Shown here one piece after another: positions 22,461-32,422 of a stretch of DNA of 64,000 bases. The stretch's first letter is position 1. Each line of letters opens with the position of its first letter. A program made the position numbers and the translations under genes. Origin of the DNA: Candidatus Brocadiia bacterium (GTDB taxonomy: Bacteria > Planctomycetota > Brocadiia > CAIUPP01); NCBI GenBank assembly GCA_050015075.1, contig JBEKCB010000014.1, positions 39,242 through 103,241 of the forward strand, written 5' to 3'. The notes beneath the pieces were generated by a model that was given only the letters and a program-made list of their open reading frames with translations, searched no databases and was not told the DNA's origin.

Positions 22461-22946
22461 ATGAAGATCGGCGTGATGTCGGATTCGCACGACAATCTGC
22501 CCGCGATCCGCCGCGCGCTGGCGCGTTTCGAGGCCGAGGGCGCGGAGGCCGTCATCCACGCCGGAGACTTCGTCGCGCCGTTCTCCATCAAGGAACTGCT
22601 GAAATTCAAGGGCGCGCTTTACGGCTGCTTCGGGAACAATGACGGCGAGAAGGCCGGCATCCGCGCGCTCTGGCCGGCGGTGGCCGAGCCGCCCTGCGAA
22701 CTGCAACTCGGCGGACGGCGCATCCTGCTGACGCACGACGAGGCGGCGCTGCAGAAAGCGCCGGAACTGCTCCGGCGCGCCGAGGTCGTGATCTTCGGCC
22801 ATTCGCACCACGTCGTCCCCGGCGAGCGCCGCGGCGGCAGCCCGGTGCGCCTGAACCCGGGCGAATGCGGCGGCTGGCTGACCGGCAAGAGCACCGTGGC
22901 GATCCTCGATACCGAGACGCTCGGCGTCCGCATTTTGGAGATTTGA
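22461..22946 (+). CDS. YfcE/MJ0936 family metallophosphoesterase
   Basis: SDSH, HAGD, GNND, THD, FGHSH, LNPG motifs. Confidence 0.9.
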   Translation: MKIGVMSDSHDNLPAIRRALARFEAEGAEAVIHAGDFVAPFSIKELLKFKGALYGCFGNNDGEKAGIRALWPAVAEPPCELQLGGRRILLTHDEAALQKAPELLRRAEVVIFGHSHHVVPGERRGGSPVRLNPGECGGWLTGKSTVAILDTETLGVRILEI

Positions 22947-22957
22947 CGGGGCGGTGG

Positions 22958-23066
22958 TTGGGTGATTAGAAAATTGGGAGATTAGGTGATGGGGAAAATG
23001 GGACTTGGCGCGTGGCGCGTTTCCGTCCACCAATTTCCCAATCTCCCAATTTCCCAATCTCCCAAC
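22958..23066. repeat. Inverted pair of degenerate 8-nt tandem repeats
   Basis: (GA[A/G]ATT[A/G]G)n facing (CAAT[T/C]TCC)x4. Confidence 0.65.
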
Positions 23067-23080
23067 ATTGAGGAAAAACC

Positions 23081-23524
23081 GTGAAGCCGCAACGCGTTCT
23101 GCTCTCAGGTCTGGCCATCGCGGCGCTGCTCACCGGCTGCGTCGAGCGCACGCTGCTCCTGCGCTCCGATCCGCCCGGCGCAACGGTGGTCGTCAACGGC
23201 AACGAAGTCGGCGTCGCCCCGGCGAAGATTCACTTCGAGACCTACGGCACGTTCGAGGTCGTCATGAGCGCCCCGCGCCATCGCCGGCTGCGCGCGCTGG
23301 TGCCGGTGAAGCCGCCCTGGTTCGAACAGATTCCGTTCGACCTCTTCTACGAAACACTCTGGCCCGGCACGGTCCTTGACGAGCATCCCGTGACGCTCAA
23401 GCTCGAGCCGCTCCCGGAAGCCGAAGCCGCCGGCGCCGGTCTCGACGAGCGCGAGCTGCAGCTCCAGCAGCGCGTGCTCGAAGGCGCCCCGGCCACGCCG
23501 CAGCCTCCGCCGGAAGGAAAGTGA
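23081..23524 (+). CDS. PEGA domain lipoprotein
   Basis: Lipobox LTGC; SDPPGATVVVNG..VG PEGA motif. Confidence 0.85.
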   Translation: MKPQRVLLSGLAIAALLTGCVERTLLLRSDPPGATVVVNGNEVGVAPAKIHFETYGTFEVVMSAPRHRRLRALVPVKPPWFEQIPFDLFYETLWPGTVLDEHPVTLKLEPLPEAEAAGAGLDERELQLQQRVLEGAPATPQPPPEGK

Positions 23525-24159
23525 CCTTGCCGCCGTCATCCGACCGCGAACTGCTCCGCTCCATCTACCGCCATCTCGACCTGGAAGGCCTGCTGGAAGA
23601 TCATCCCGGCCTGACGCAGGAGGACGTCGTGGATCTTTTCCGGCGGTTGAGCGCGCCGACGGAGCCGGGCGGAAAAACTCCTCCGGCGCGGCGCGGCGCC
23701 GGCCCTTCCGCCTGCGATGAAAAGGGCAGCCGTCCGCCGAAGCCGGGGCGGCTGATCCTCTGTACCGACGGCGGCTCACGCGGCAATCCGGGACCCGCCG
23801 GCTTCGGGGCCGTCCTCCTCGACGACGCCGGCCACGTCGTGCGCGAACTCTCGGAATTCATCGGCCGGGCCACGTGTAACGAGGCGGAGTACCGCGCGCT
23901 CATCGCGGCGCTGCAGGCGGCGCGCGAACTCGGCGCGCGCGACTTGCTCATCCGCGCCGACAGCCAACTGCTCGTGCGCCAGCTCGGCGGCCAGTACAAG
24001 GTCAAGAGCCGCAGCCTGATGCCGCTGGCGCTTCGCGCGCGGCGGCTGCTCGAGGAGTTCGCCTCCTGGAAGGCGGAGCACGTCCCGCGCGAAATGAACT
24101 CCCGCGCCGACGCCCTCGCCAACGCAGCGATGGACCGCGGCGCCCCGCCCGCCGGTTGA
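23521..24159 (+). CDS. rnhA: Ribonuclease HI
   Basis: TDGGSRGNPGPAG, NEAEY, DSQLLVRQ, HVPREMN.RADALAN. Confidence 0.9.
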   Translation: MTLPPSSDRELLRSIYRHLDLEGLLEDHPGLTQEDVVDLFRRLSAPTEPGGKTPPARRGAGPSACDEKGSRPPKPGRLILCTDGGSRGNPGPAGFGAVLLDDAGHVVRELSEFIGRATCNEAEYRALIAALQAARELGARDLLIRADSQLLVRQLGGQYKVKSRSLMPLALRARRLLEEFASWKAEHVPREMNSRADALANAAMDRGAPPAG

Positions 24160-24230
24160 AACCTGAGCCGAGTTTGCTCTATTATAGAAGGACTTATCCT
24201 CACGTATTCTCTTGGAGATGGGCCAAAGCG

Positions 24231-25256
24231 ATGAAGAAGTATTCTGTGGTGGTCGTGGGCATCGGGCTGGTCGGAACGCGCATTCTGCAGGTCCTGCGCG
24301 AGCGGCATTTCCCGGTCTCCAGCGTCAAAGTGCTCGCCCGCACGGCGCGGACGGAGACGGTGGACGGCGTGGATTACCCGGTGGTGCCCGCGTCGGCGGA
24401 GGCGTTCGACGGGGCGGACATCGCGCTGTTCGCCGGCACCGAGGGCGCCAAGGGCGCCTCGCAGCTTTACGGCTGGGAAGCGGTCAAGCGCGGCTGCGTG
24501 GTGATTGACAACGGCGACGATTTCCGCATGGATCCCCGCGTGCCGCTGGTGATCCCGGAAGTCAACCCCGAGGCATTGCGCCAGAGCCAGGGACTGATCA
24601 GCAACCCGAACTGCAGCACCATCCAGATGGTGGTGGCGCTGGCGCCGCTCCACCGCGCGGTGCGCATCCGGCGCGTGGTGGTGACCACGTTCCAGTCCGT
24701 CTCGGGCACCGGCAGCGCCGCCATCGCGGAACTCGAGCGCCAGGTGCGCGACGTGCCCGCCGGGAAGCCCGCGCGGCCCGAGCAGTACCCCCACCCGATC
24801 TTCGGAAACGTGATCCCGCAGGTGAGCACGCTGAGGGACATCTATCCGGGCTATTACGGAGAGGAAATCAAGATGATCCGCGAGACGCGGAAAATCCTCT
24901 CCGAGCCGGACCTGGCCGTGACGGCCACCTGCTCGCGGGTGCCGGTGGCGCTGGCGCATTCGGAGGCGATCAACGTCGAGTTCGAGGGGAAACTTTCGGC
25001 CGACCGCGCGCGGGAAATCCTCGCCGCGTCGCCCGGCGTGATCGTCGTGGACGATCCGGCGAAGAGCCGCTACCCGATGCCGCTCGACGCGGCCGGACGC
25101 GACGAAGTCTTCGTCGGCCGCATCCGCGAGGACCCGTCGCGCGCGAACACGCTCGACCTCTGGTGCGTCTCGGACAACATCCGCAAAGGCGCTGCGACGA
25201 ACGCCATCCAGATCGCCGAGAAGATGATCGAAATGAAGTTGCTGAAGGGGAAGTGA
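24231..25256 (+). CDS. asd: Aspartate-semialdehyde dehydrogenase
   Basis: VPLVIPEVN, NPNCSTIQ, QSVSGTG, RVPV, DNIRKGAATNAIQIAE. Confidence 0.95.
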   Translation: MKKYSVVVVGIGLVGTRILQVLRERHFPVSSVKVLARTARTETVDGVDYPVVPASAEAFDGADIALFAGTEGAKGASQLYGWEAVKRGCVVIDNGDDFRMDPRVPLVIPEVNPEALRQSQGLISNPNCSTIQMVVALAPLHRAVRIRRVVVTTFQSVSGTGSAAIAELERQVRDVPAGKPARPEQYPHPIFGNVIPQVSTLRDIYPGYYGEEIKMIRETRKILSEPDLAVTATCSRVPVALAHSEAINVEFEGKLSADRAREILAASPGVIVVDDPAKSRYPMPLDAAGRDEVFVGRIREDPSRANTLDLWCVSDNIRKGAATNAIQIAEKMIEMKLLKGK

Positions 25257-25259
25257 CGG

Positions 25260-25322
25260 CAAGGATGAAGGATGAAGGCGGAAGACCGTCTTCATCCTTC
25301 ATCTTTCATCCTTCATCCTTCC
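25260..25322. repeat. Inverted 7-nt tandem repeats between converging genes
   Basis: (AAGGATG)n facing (TTCATCC)n; can form a hairpin. Confidence 0.7.
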
Positions 25323-25872
25323 TCAGAATGATCTCCGCCGCGCCGGCGAGGTCGGGCGTCTCGAAATCGGCCCGAGGATCGGACTCGGTCCACTCCGCGT
25401 TTCCTACTCGAATGGTCCGGCATCCTGCAGCCCGGCCGGCGCCGATGTCGGCGGGGCGGTCGCCGACCATCCATGATTGCTCCAGGTCCACGCCGTGCTC
25501 GCGCGCCGCGCGCAGCAGCAGGCCCGGCTGGGGCTTGCGGCAATCGCACGCGATCGAGTACTCCGCCAGCGATCCCTCGGCATAGTGCGGGCAGTAATAG
25601 ATGCCGGCGAGCCGCACTCGATTCCGTTCGCACCGCCGCAGGAAATGCTCGTGGAAGGCGCGCAGGCTCTCCTCGCTGAACCGCCCGCGCGCCACGCCGG
25701 ACTGGTTGGTGACAACGATGAGCAGATAGCCCGCTTCCTGAAGCCGCCGCAGCGCCTTGAACACGCCCGGAAGCGGCCGCAGTTCGGCCAAGTCGGTGGA
25801 GAACTCCATGTCCACGATGACGGTATTGTCGCGGTCGAGGAACACCGCTTTCTTCGCGTGCCTATTTGGCAA
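25306..25872 (-). CDS. gmhB: D-glycero-D-manno-heptose 1,7-bisphosphate phosphatase
   Basis: FLDRDNT, VTNQSG, YCPH, CDCRKP, MVGD. Confidence 0.92.
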   Translation of the reverse strand: MPNRHAKKAVFLDRDNTVIVDMEFSTDLAELRPLPGVFKALRRLQEAGYLLIVVTNQSGVARGRFSEESLRAFHEHFLRRCERNRVRLAGIYYCPHYAEGSLAEYSIACDCRKPQPGLLLRAAREHGVDLEQSWMVGDRPADIGAGRAAGCRTIRVGNAEWTESDPRADFETPDLAGAAEIILRKDEG

Positions 25873-26434
25873 AATACCGCTTCTCCACGAGATCGCAGAG
25901 CACGTGCCCGCAGGTGATGTGGAGTTCCTGGATGCGCGCCGATTGGTCGTCGGGGGCGACCAGGCAGAGGTCGGCGGCCTTCAGGAGCTTGCCGCCGCCG
26001 CGGCCGGAGAACCCGATCGTCACCGCGCCGCGCTTCTTCGCCGCGGCGACGGCGAGCAGGACGTTCGGCGAGTTGCCGCTGGTGCTCAGCGCAAGGAGCA
26101 CGTCGCCCTTGCGGACGTGCGCGTTCACCTGGCGCTCGAAAACGCTGTCGAACGAGTAGTCGTTGGCCAGGCAGGTCAGGATCGAGGTGTCGGTCGTCAG
26201 CGCCACGCACGGCAGCGGCGCGCGCTCCATCATGAAGCGCCCGACGAGTTCCCCGGCGATGTGCTGGCTGTCCGCGGCGGAACCTCCGTTGCCGCAGATA
26301 TAGACGCGCTTCCCCTTGCGCAGCGCTTTCAGCACCGCCGCGGCCATTTTCTCGACAATCTTCTCGCCGCCGGAGGCGAGGAACGCCTGCTTGACCTCGA
26401 TGCTGCGCCGAATCTGCCGTTCGACGTCGCCCAT
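25862..26434 (-). CDS. gmhA: Phosphoheptose isomerase
   Basis: CGNGGSAADSQH, STSGNS, IQELH. Confidence 0.95.
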   Translation of the reverse strand: MGDVERQIRRSIEVKQAFLASGGEKIVEKMAAAVLKALRKGKRVYICGNGGSAADSQHIAGELVGRFMMERAPLPCVALTTDTSILTCLANDYSFDSVFERQVNAHVRKGDVLLALSTSGNSPNVLLAVAAAKKRGAVTIGFSGRGGGKLLKAADLCLVAPDDQSARIQELHITCGHVLCDLVEKRYFAK

Positions 26435-26453
26435 GTGTGGACTCCTTTCCCAA

Positions 26454-26530
26454 TCGTCCTCGTCCTCGTCGTCGTCCTCGAACGAGTTTTAACGACCGAG
26501 GACGAGGACGACGACGAGGACGAGTACGAT
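26454..26530. repeat. Inverted 6-nt tandem repeats
   Basis: (TCGTCC)n facing (CGAGGA)n between hldE and gmhA. Confidence 0.7.
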
Positions 26531-26538
26531 GGCAAAAC

Positions 26539-28035
26539 CTATGGCGTCTTTCCGTACCGCTCCACGATCTTCTTGACGATGTCCGTGGTGCTGAGGCCCT
26601 CGATGTACGGCGCGATGACGACTTTGCCGCCGTAGGACTTGACGACTTCCCAGCCGACGACCTGGTCCTCGCGGTAGTCGCCGCCCTTGACGATAACGTC
26701 CGGGCGGATGGCCTTGATCGCCTCGAGCGGCGTGTCCTCCTCGAAGATCACCAGGCCGTCCACGACGTCGAGCGCCGCCAGGAGCCGCGCGCGCTCCGCC
26801 TCGCCAGTGATCGGCCGGTTCGGGCCCTTGAGCCGCCGGACGGAGTCGTCGCTGTTGAGCCCGACGATGAGAAAATCCCCCTGCTGGCGCGAGAACCTGA
26901 GATATTCGTAGTGGCCCATGTGCAAGATGTCGAAGCAGCCGTTCGTCCAGACGACCTTGCCGTTGCGGCGATGCACTTCGCGCGCGGCGTCGGCGGCGGC
27001 CTCGACGGTGTGGATCTTGAACTGCGGCCCGCCGCCGAGGAGTTCGTTGCATATTTCGTCGCGCGAGACGGGCACGGCACCGATCTTGGTGACCTCGACG
27101 CCGGCGGCGACGTTGGCCAGCATCGCCGCGTCGCGCACGTCGGCGCCGCAGCCGAGCAGCCAGGCCATGACGCTCACGATGACGTCGCCGGCGCCGGAGA
27201 TGTCCACCACGTCGCCCTTCGGCCGCGACGGAATTCTCAGGCCCTCGATGCCCGGGCCGGCGAGGTAGAGTCCGTCGCGGTCGAGCGAGATCAGCACGTA
27301 ACGCAGGTCGGCCATCTTGAGGAGGGCGTCGGCCGCGCGGCGCAGGCTCTCGTCGTCGCGGATGGCGATGCCGGTCGCCGCCTGCGCCTCGTTGCGGTTC
27401 GGCTTCAGGAGCGTGCTGCCGCGATAGACCGAATACGGGCGCGCCAGCTTCGGATCGGTGACGACCGGGATGCCCGCCTTGGCGGCCCACTCGGTGGTGC
27501 ACTTCAGGAGGCGGTCGGTCAGCAGCCCCTTGTCGTAGTCGGTCAGCACGACGCATTGCTGCAGCGGCAGGACCACCTGGATGAAGGCCAGGAGCTTTTC
27601 CTCGGTCTCCTGCGTGATGGGCAGTCGGCACTCGCGGTCCACCCGCAGCATCTGCTGGACTCCGCGGTGTGCGCTCTGCACGTAGCCGATGAACCGCGTC
27701 TTCACCGTGGTCGGCCGGTCGGACACCGTCAGGACGCCGTCGCATCGCGCGTTCAGCTTCTTGAATTCCCGCACGATCAGTTCGCCGTCTTTGTCCTCCG
27801 CGCCGATGACGCCGCACACGGTGACCTGCGCGCCGAGACGCGCCAGGTCCGAGACCACGTTCCCCGCGCCGCCGGGACGGCTTTCCTCGGTCATGACTTC
27901 CAGGATGGGAATCGGCCCTTCGCCGGAAATGCGCCGCGTCTCGCCCCAGACGTAGCGGTCGAGCATCAGGTCGCCGACGACCAGCACGTGCGGAGTCCCG
28001 GCCGTCTCAACCAGCCGAACGAGGTGATCCGACAT
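26539..28035 (-). CDS. hldE: Bifunctional heptose-7-phosphate kinase / heptose-1-phosphate adenylyltransferase
   Basis: VGDLMLD, GGAGNV, DISGAGD (PfkB); TNGCFDILHMGH, GLNSD.S. Confidence 0.93.
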   Translation of the reverse strand: MSDHLVRLVETAGTPHVLVVGDLMLDRYVWGETRRISGEGPIPILEVMTEESRPGGAGNVVSDLARLGAQVTVCGVIGAEDKDGELIVREFKKLNARCDGVLTVSDRPTTVKTRFIGYVQSAHRGVQQMLRVDRECRLPITQETEEKLLAFIQVVLPLQQCVVLTDYDKGLLTDRLLKCTTEWAAKAGIPVVTDPKLARPYSVYRGSTLLKPNRNEAQAATGIAIRDDESLRRAADALLKMADLRYVLISLDRDGLYLAGPGIEGLRIPSRPKGDVVDISGAGDVIVSVMAWLLGCGADVRDAAMLANVAAGVEVTKIGAVPVSRDEICNELLGGGPQFKIHTVEAAADAAREVHRRNGKVVWTNGCFDILHMGHYEYLRFSRQQGDFLIVGLNSDDSVRRLKGPNRPITGEAERARLLAALDVVDGLVIFEEDTPLEAIKAIRPDVIVKGGDYREDQVVGWEVVKSYGGKVVIAPYIEGLSTTDIVKKIVERYGKTP

Positions 28036-28966
28036 CCGCTTTCCCTTTCTCCAAGACCTCCGCCGGCGGCCTGCGCCAGCGGCGGTGCATCCAGAGCCAT
28101 TGATCCGGGAACTGCCGGACGTAGCTCTCGAGCCGGCGGTTGACCTCGATCGTGGCGTTCCGCACGGCGGCCGGGCGGTCGCCCGCAGGCCGGACGAACA
28201 GCGGCTCGTCGCAGAGGACCTCGAAGCGATACAGCCCGGGCAGCCGCCGCGCATAGCCGGTGACGATCGGCGCGCCGGTCCTCATCGCCAGGAGCGCCGG
28301 CGCCGGCGTCGTCGAGGCCGGCCGCCCGAAGAACGGCACCCAGAGGCCCTCGTCCTTCGCGTGCTGGTCCACCAGAAGGGCAATATATCCTCCGCGCCGG
28401 AGGACGCGCAAGAGCGCCGGTGCGGCGCCGTACTTCGGAATGAGCGTTTGGCCGTGCGCGGCCCGGTACCGCCACATGGACCGGTCAATGTACGGGTTCT
28501 TCATCGGCCGGTAAACGCTGGTCCACGAGACGCCGTAGTGGCGCGCCAGCAGCCCGAATATTTCCCACGGCCCCAGGTGCGCGGTGACGAAAATCGCGCC
28601 CTTGCCCGCGGCCATCACGTCGCGCAAATGGTTTTCGCCCAGGAGGACGATGTGGTCGTCGAACGTGGAAGGCCCGAGCAGCCGGTCGCCGAGCGCCACC
28701 TCCACAGTGGCCCGGCCGAAGTGCTCGTAGACGCGCGTCGCCCGCGCCTCCGCCTCGGCGGGCGACATGTCCGGGAATGCCTGGAGGAGGTTGTCCACGC
28801 CGGTGCGGAAACTCCGCCGCGACCAGAAGATCATCCGGCGGCCGCACCACTCGCCGAACTTCATGGCCGCCGGCAGCGGCAGGCTCTGCGCGACGGCCAT
28901 AAAGATTTTGCCGCCCAGATATTCGGCGAAGTACCTCGGACGCTGCCACCAGGTTATTTTTTTCAA
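28007..28966 (-). CDS. lpxL: Lipid A acyltransferase (LpxL/HtrB family)
   Basis: TAHLGPWE, LVDQ, VPFFG, PDQWLWMHRRW; TTG start overlaps the lpxK stop. Confidence 0.85.
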   Translation of the reverse strand: MKKITWWQRPRYFAEYLGGKIFMAVAQSLPLPAAMKFGEWCGRRMIFWSRRSFRTGVDNLLQAFPDMSPAEAEARATRVYEHFGRATVEVALGDRLLGPSTFDDHIVLLGENHLRDVMAAGKGAIFVTAHLGPWEIFGLLARHYGVSWTSVYRPMKNPYIDRSMWRYRAAHGQTLIPKYGAAPALLRVLRRGGYIALLVDQHAKDEGLWVPFFGRPASTTPAPALLAMRTGAPIVTGYARRLPGLYRFEVLCDEPLFVRPAGDRPAAVRNATIEVNRRLESYVRQFPDQWLWMHRRWRRPPAEVLEKGKADVGSPRSAG

Positions 28967-30024
28967 GACCAAACCGCCTTCAGCATGCTCTCGAGCTGCG
29001 CCTGGCCGGCGGTCAGCTCGATCTCCACTTTCAGGGCGCGCAGCGGCGCCATGCCCGGCCACGCGCCGAACTTGACCGCGTCCTTCTCCGTCGTCAGGGC
29101 GCAGTCGGCTCGCTCGCTCACGCATTCCTCCGCCAGCGCGGCCACGTCGCGCGCCCAGTAGGCGAAGTGGTCCGGAAAAAAATGCGCCCCGGCGATCTCC
29201 GCACCGAGTTTCGAGACCGTGTGCAGGAACCCGTCCGGGTTGCCGAGGCCGCAGAAGACATAGACCCTGCGGCCGGAGAGCCATTCGACCGGCTCGGCCT
29301 CGGCGCCGGTCGCGAGCGTCAGCGCCACGGGGCGATGCGCCGCCTCGATGATCGGCTTGCCCGGTGCGAGCGCCCGGACCTGTTGGCGGACCTTCTCCAG
29401 CGCCGTGCGGCCGAGCGCGTCGGCGCGCGTCAGCACGATCGCGTCGGCGTCCCGCAGGCAATCGAGCGGCTCGCGCAGGGCGCCGGCGGGCAGCACGCGC
29501 CCGCCGCCGAACGGGTCCAGCGCGTCCAGCAGCACCAGGTTCAAATCGCGATGGACCCGCAGGTGCTGAAACCCGTCGTCGAGCAGCAGGCAGTCCGCGC
29601 CCGCCGCGATCGCCTTCCGGCCGGCCGCGACGCGGTCCGGGTCGGCGTAGTGCGGCGCCTGCGGCAGTTCCCGGTCGAGCAGCAGCGCTTCGTCGTTCTT
29701 CCTCTCCGCCGCGCCGCCTTCGCGCCCGCGATATCCGCGGCTGAGGATCGCCGGCTTGCGGCCGTTGCGCAGGCACCAGCGCGCGATCCATTGGACCATC
29801 GGCGTCTTGCCGGTGCCGCCGACGGTGACGTTCCCGACGCTGATCACCGGCGCGTCGAGTTTCCGGACTCGAAAAGTCCCTTCGCGATATGCTTCTCTTC
29901 GAAGCCGCATCGCGAAACCGTAGATGAGCGCGGCCGGCGCCAACAGCGCCAGCAGCGCCGCCGGAGGGCCGCCGCTCCGCCGGACCGCGCGCGCCCAGAA
30001 CTCCCTTGAATCGGTCAACCGCAT
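28963..30024 (-). CDS. lpxK: Tetraacyldisaccharide 4'-kinase
   Basis: [41 protein letters not shown]. Confidence 0.95.
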   Translation of the reverse strand: MRLTDSREFWARAVRRSGGPPAALLALLAPAALIYGFAMRLRREAYREGTFRVRKLDAPVISVGNVTVGGTGKTPMVQWIARWCLRNGRKPAILSRGYRGREGGAAERKNDEALLLDRELPQAPHYADPDRVAAGRKAIAAGADCLLLDDGFQHLRVHRDLNLVLLDALDPFGGGRVLPAGALREPLDCLRDADAIVLTRADALGRTALEKVRQQVRALAPGKPIIEAAHRPVALTLATGAEAEPVEWLSGRRVYVFCGLGNPDGFLHTVSKLGAEIAGAHFFPDHFAYWARDVAALAEECVSERADCALTTEKDAVKFGAWPGMAPLRALKVEIELTAGQAQLESMLKAVWS

Positions 30025-30131
30025 GGCGCCCTTGTGGCCGGGTGGTAGATGACGCGAGCCCAAGCCAGTGGAAAATATCCGGTCGCGCGCGACCTGTCAA
30101 GGCAGTCCGTCGCCGCCGCGCGACAGATGCT

Positions 30132-30160
30132 TTGACAGTCATCCGGTGCGGACGTAGAAT
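30132..30160 (+). promoter_or_regulatory. sigma70 promoter; a divergent partner TTGACA-17-TATTTT for lpxK lies at about 30072-30100
   Basis: TTGACA-17 nt-TAGAAT. Confidence 0.55.
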
Positions 30161-30171
30161 CCGTGCCTGCC

Positions 30172-32361
30172 ATGAGCGATAAGGCCGCCTCGATTCCCAT
30201 CCGTTTCCCGCGCCAGGAACGGCGCTCCGCCTGGACCGCGGCGGCGTGCCTGGCGCTGGTCCTCGCCGGGCTCGCCGCTTACAGCGACAGTTTCCGCGGC
30301 CCGTTCATCTTCGACGACGCCACCTTCCTGGATGAGCCGAGCGCGAAGACGCTCTGGCCGATCCGGCCTGTGCTGGCCGCACAGCGGCCGGTGGTGCAGT
30401 TCACCCTGGCGCTCTGCTATTCCATCGGCGGGCCGGGCGAATTGGGCTACCATATTTTTAATGTGGCCGTTCATCTCCTCGCCGCGCTCACGCTCTTCGG
30501 GATCGTCCGCAGGACGCTGACGCTTCCGGCGCTGAACGGCCGGTTCGACGCGAAGGCCGCCGCGGCGATTGCGTTCTGCGCCGCGCTCCTCTGGCTGCTC
30601 CACCCGCTTCAGACGCAGGCGGTGACGTACATCGTCCAGCGGTCGGAGTCGCTGATTGGGTTGTTCTATCTCCTGACGCTGTATTGTTTTATCCGTACTG
30701 GGTCCTCGACACGACCCGGCGGATGGCACGCCGCGGCGGTCGCTTGCTGCCTGCTGGGAATGGCCAGCAAGGAAGTGATGGTTTCCGCGCCACTGATCGT
30801 GCTTCTCTACGACCGAATTTTCTTCACCGGGTCCTTCGGCGAAACGCTGCGTCGGCGATGGGGACTTTACCTCGGGCTGGCCGCGACATGGCTGGTTCTC
30901 GGACGCTCAGTCGGCGAGGCGTTCGGCGCGCACGCGGTCTCGGCCGGCTTCAACCTTCCACAGGCCACGCCGCTGGAATATGCCCGAAGCGAACTCGGCG
31001 TCATCCTTCACTATCTGAGACTGGCGTTCCTGCCGGTGGGCCTATGCCTGGACTACGACTGGGCGATCGCAAAGGGAATCCGGGATATCGCTCCCGGCGC
31101 CGTCGTCATCGGCGGGCTCCTCGCGGCCACGGCCTGGGCGCTCGCGAGGCGGCCGATGTGGGGATTCGCCGGCGCGTGGTTCTTTCTGGTCCTGGCGCCC
31201 ACGTCGAGCATCATGCCGATCCGCGACCTGGCGTTCGAGCACCGGATGTACCTGCCGCTGGCGGCGCTGATTGTGCCGGCAACCGTCGCGGCGTATCTGC
31301 TCATCGAGCGGCTGGCGCGCCGCGCACATGAACCGGAAGCAGCGCTCGGGCGCGCGGGCAGCGCGATCGCGATCGCCCTGGTCGTCGCGATCGCCGGGAC
31401 GTTCGGCGCACTGACGTTCCTCCGCAATCGGGATTACCGCAGCGCGATCACGATCTGGAAGGACACGACCGATAAACGCAAGGACAACGCGCGCGCCTGG
31501 ACGAGCCTCGGCGATGCATACCTGAGCGCCGGGGACTGCGACGAGGCCGTCCGCTGCCTGACCCGGGCCATCAAGCTGCAGCCGGGATGGTCGTGGCACT
31601 ACAGCAGCCGCGCCACGGCTTACCTGCGCCTGCGCCGGGGCGATGAAGCGATGCGCGATTGCGACACTGCGATTGCGATGGAACCGGCGTTCGCCAGGGC
31701 CTGGTTTATTCGCGGGAGTATTTATTTCCAGACCCGCCGCTTCGCCGAGGCGATACGCAACTTCAACCAGGCCATCGAGTTGGATCCGAACAGCTTCGAC
31801 GCCGTTTACAATCGGGGCAAGGCGCACGCCAGCCTTAATGAGCTTCGCGAGGCGGTCCGCGATTTCGACCGCGCGATCGAGCTGCGGCCGCGGTCGGCCG
31901 TTTCCTATTTCAACCGCGGGTCCGCTTATGCGCTCCTGAGACGCCCCGACCGGGCGGTCGGCGACTTCACGAGCGCTGTCGAATTGAAGCCGGACTTCGC
32001 CGAGGCTTACAATGGGCGAGGCCAGGCGCTGACGGACGCCGGCCGCCCGCTGCAAGCGCTCGCTGATCTTGACAAGGCGATTGAGCTGAACCCGCGCTTC
32101 TCCGAGGCCTACAACAACCGCGGCAGAATTTACGGCGAGGCAAACCGCGTGGCCGACGCGATCCGCGATTTCAACAAGGCCGTCGAGTTGAAGCCCTCCG
32201 ACGCCGAGCCGTACTTCAACCGGGCCGTGATGTACGCCCGGCTCAACCAATTCGACAAGGCGCTGGCGGACGTGAAGGAGTTTCAGCGCCTCGGCGGCAA
32301 GCCGGACCCGGATCCGGAATTCATCCGGGCGCTGAACCAGGCCGCAGTGCACGCGAAGTAG
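30172..32361 (+). CDS. Membrane protein with C-terminal TPR repeats (TMTC-like GT-C)
   Basis: F.FDD, HPLQTQAV.YIVQR.E, SKE, EHRMYLP, then about 8 TPRs. Confidence 0.85.
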   Translation: MSDKAASIPIRFPRQERRSAWTAAACLALVLAGLAAYSDSFRGPFIFDDATFLDEPSAKTLWPIRPVLAAQRPVVQFTLALCYSIGGPGELGYHIFNVAVHLLAALTLFGIVRRTLTLPALNGRFDAKAAAAIAFCAALLWLLHPLQTQAVTYIVQRSESLIGLFYLLTLYCFIRTGSSTRPGGWHAAAVACCLLGMASKEVMVSAPLIVLLYDRIFFTGSFGETLRRRWGLYLGLAATWLVLGRSVGEAFGAHAVSAGFNLPQATPLEYARSELGVILHYLRLAFLPVGLCLDYDWAIAKGIRDIAPGAVVIGGLLAATAWALARRPMWGFAGAWFFLVLAPTSSIMPIRDLAFEHRMYLPLAALIVPATVAAYLLIERLARRAHEPEAALGRAGSAIAIALVVAIAGTFGALTFLRNRDYRSAITIWKDTTDKRKDNARAWTSLGDAYLSAGDCDEAVRCLTRAIKLQPGWSWHYSSRATAYLRLRRGDEAMRDCDTAIAMEPAFARAWFIRGSIYFQTRRFAEAIRNFNQAIELDPNSFDAVYNRGKAHASLNELREAVRDFDRAIELRPRSAVSYFNRGSAYALLRRPDRAVGDFTSAVELKPDFAEAYNGRGQALTDAGRPLQALADLDKAIELNPRFSEAYNNRGRIYGEANRVADAIRDFNKAVELKPSDAEPYFNRAVMYARLNQFDKALADVKEFQRLGGKPDPDPEFIRALNQAAVHAK

Positions 32362-32422
32362 CGAGGGACCCGATATCGCAACTGAGAGCCTTCTCGAGCG
32401 GCGACAATTTCCCTGGGCGGCG

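Noticed and set aside
22958-26530. Short repeats considered as CRISPR arrays
   Set aside because: Units are 6-8 nt with no unique spacers, and there are no cas genes.
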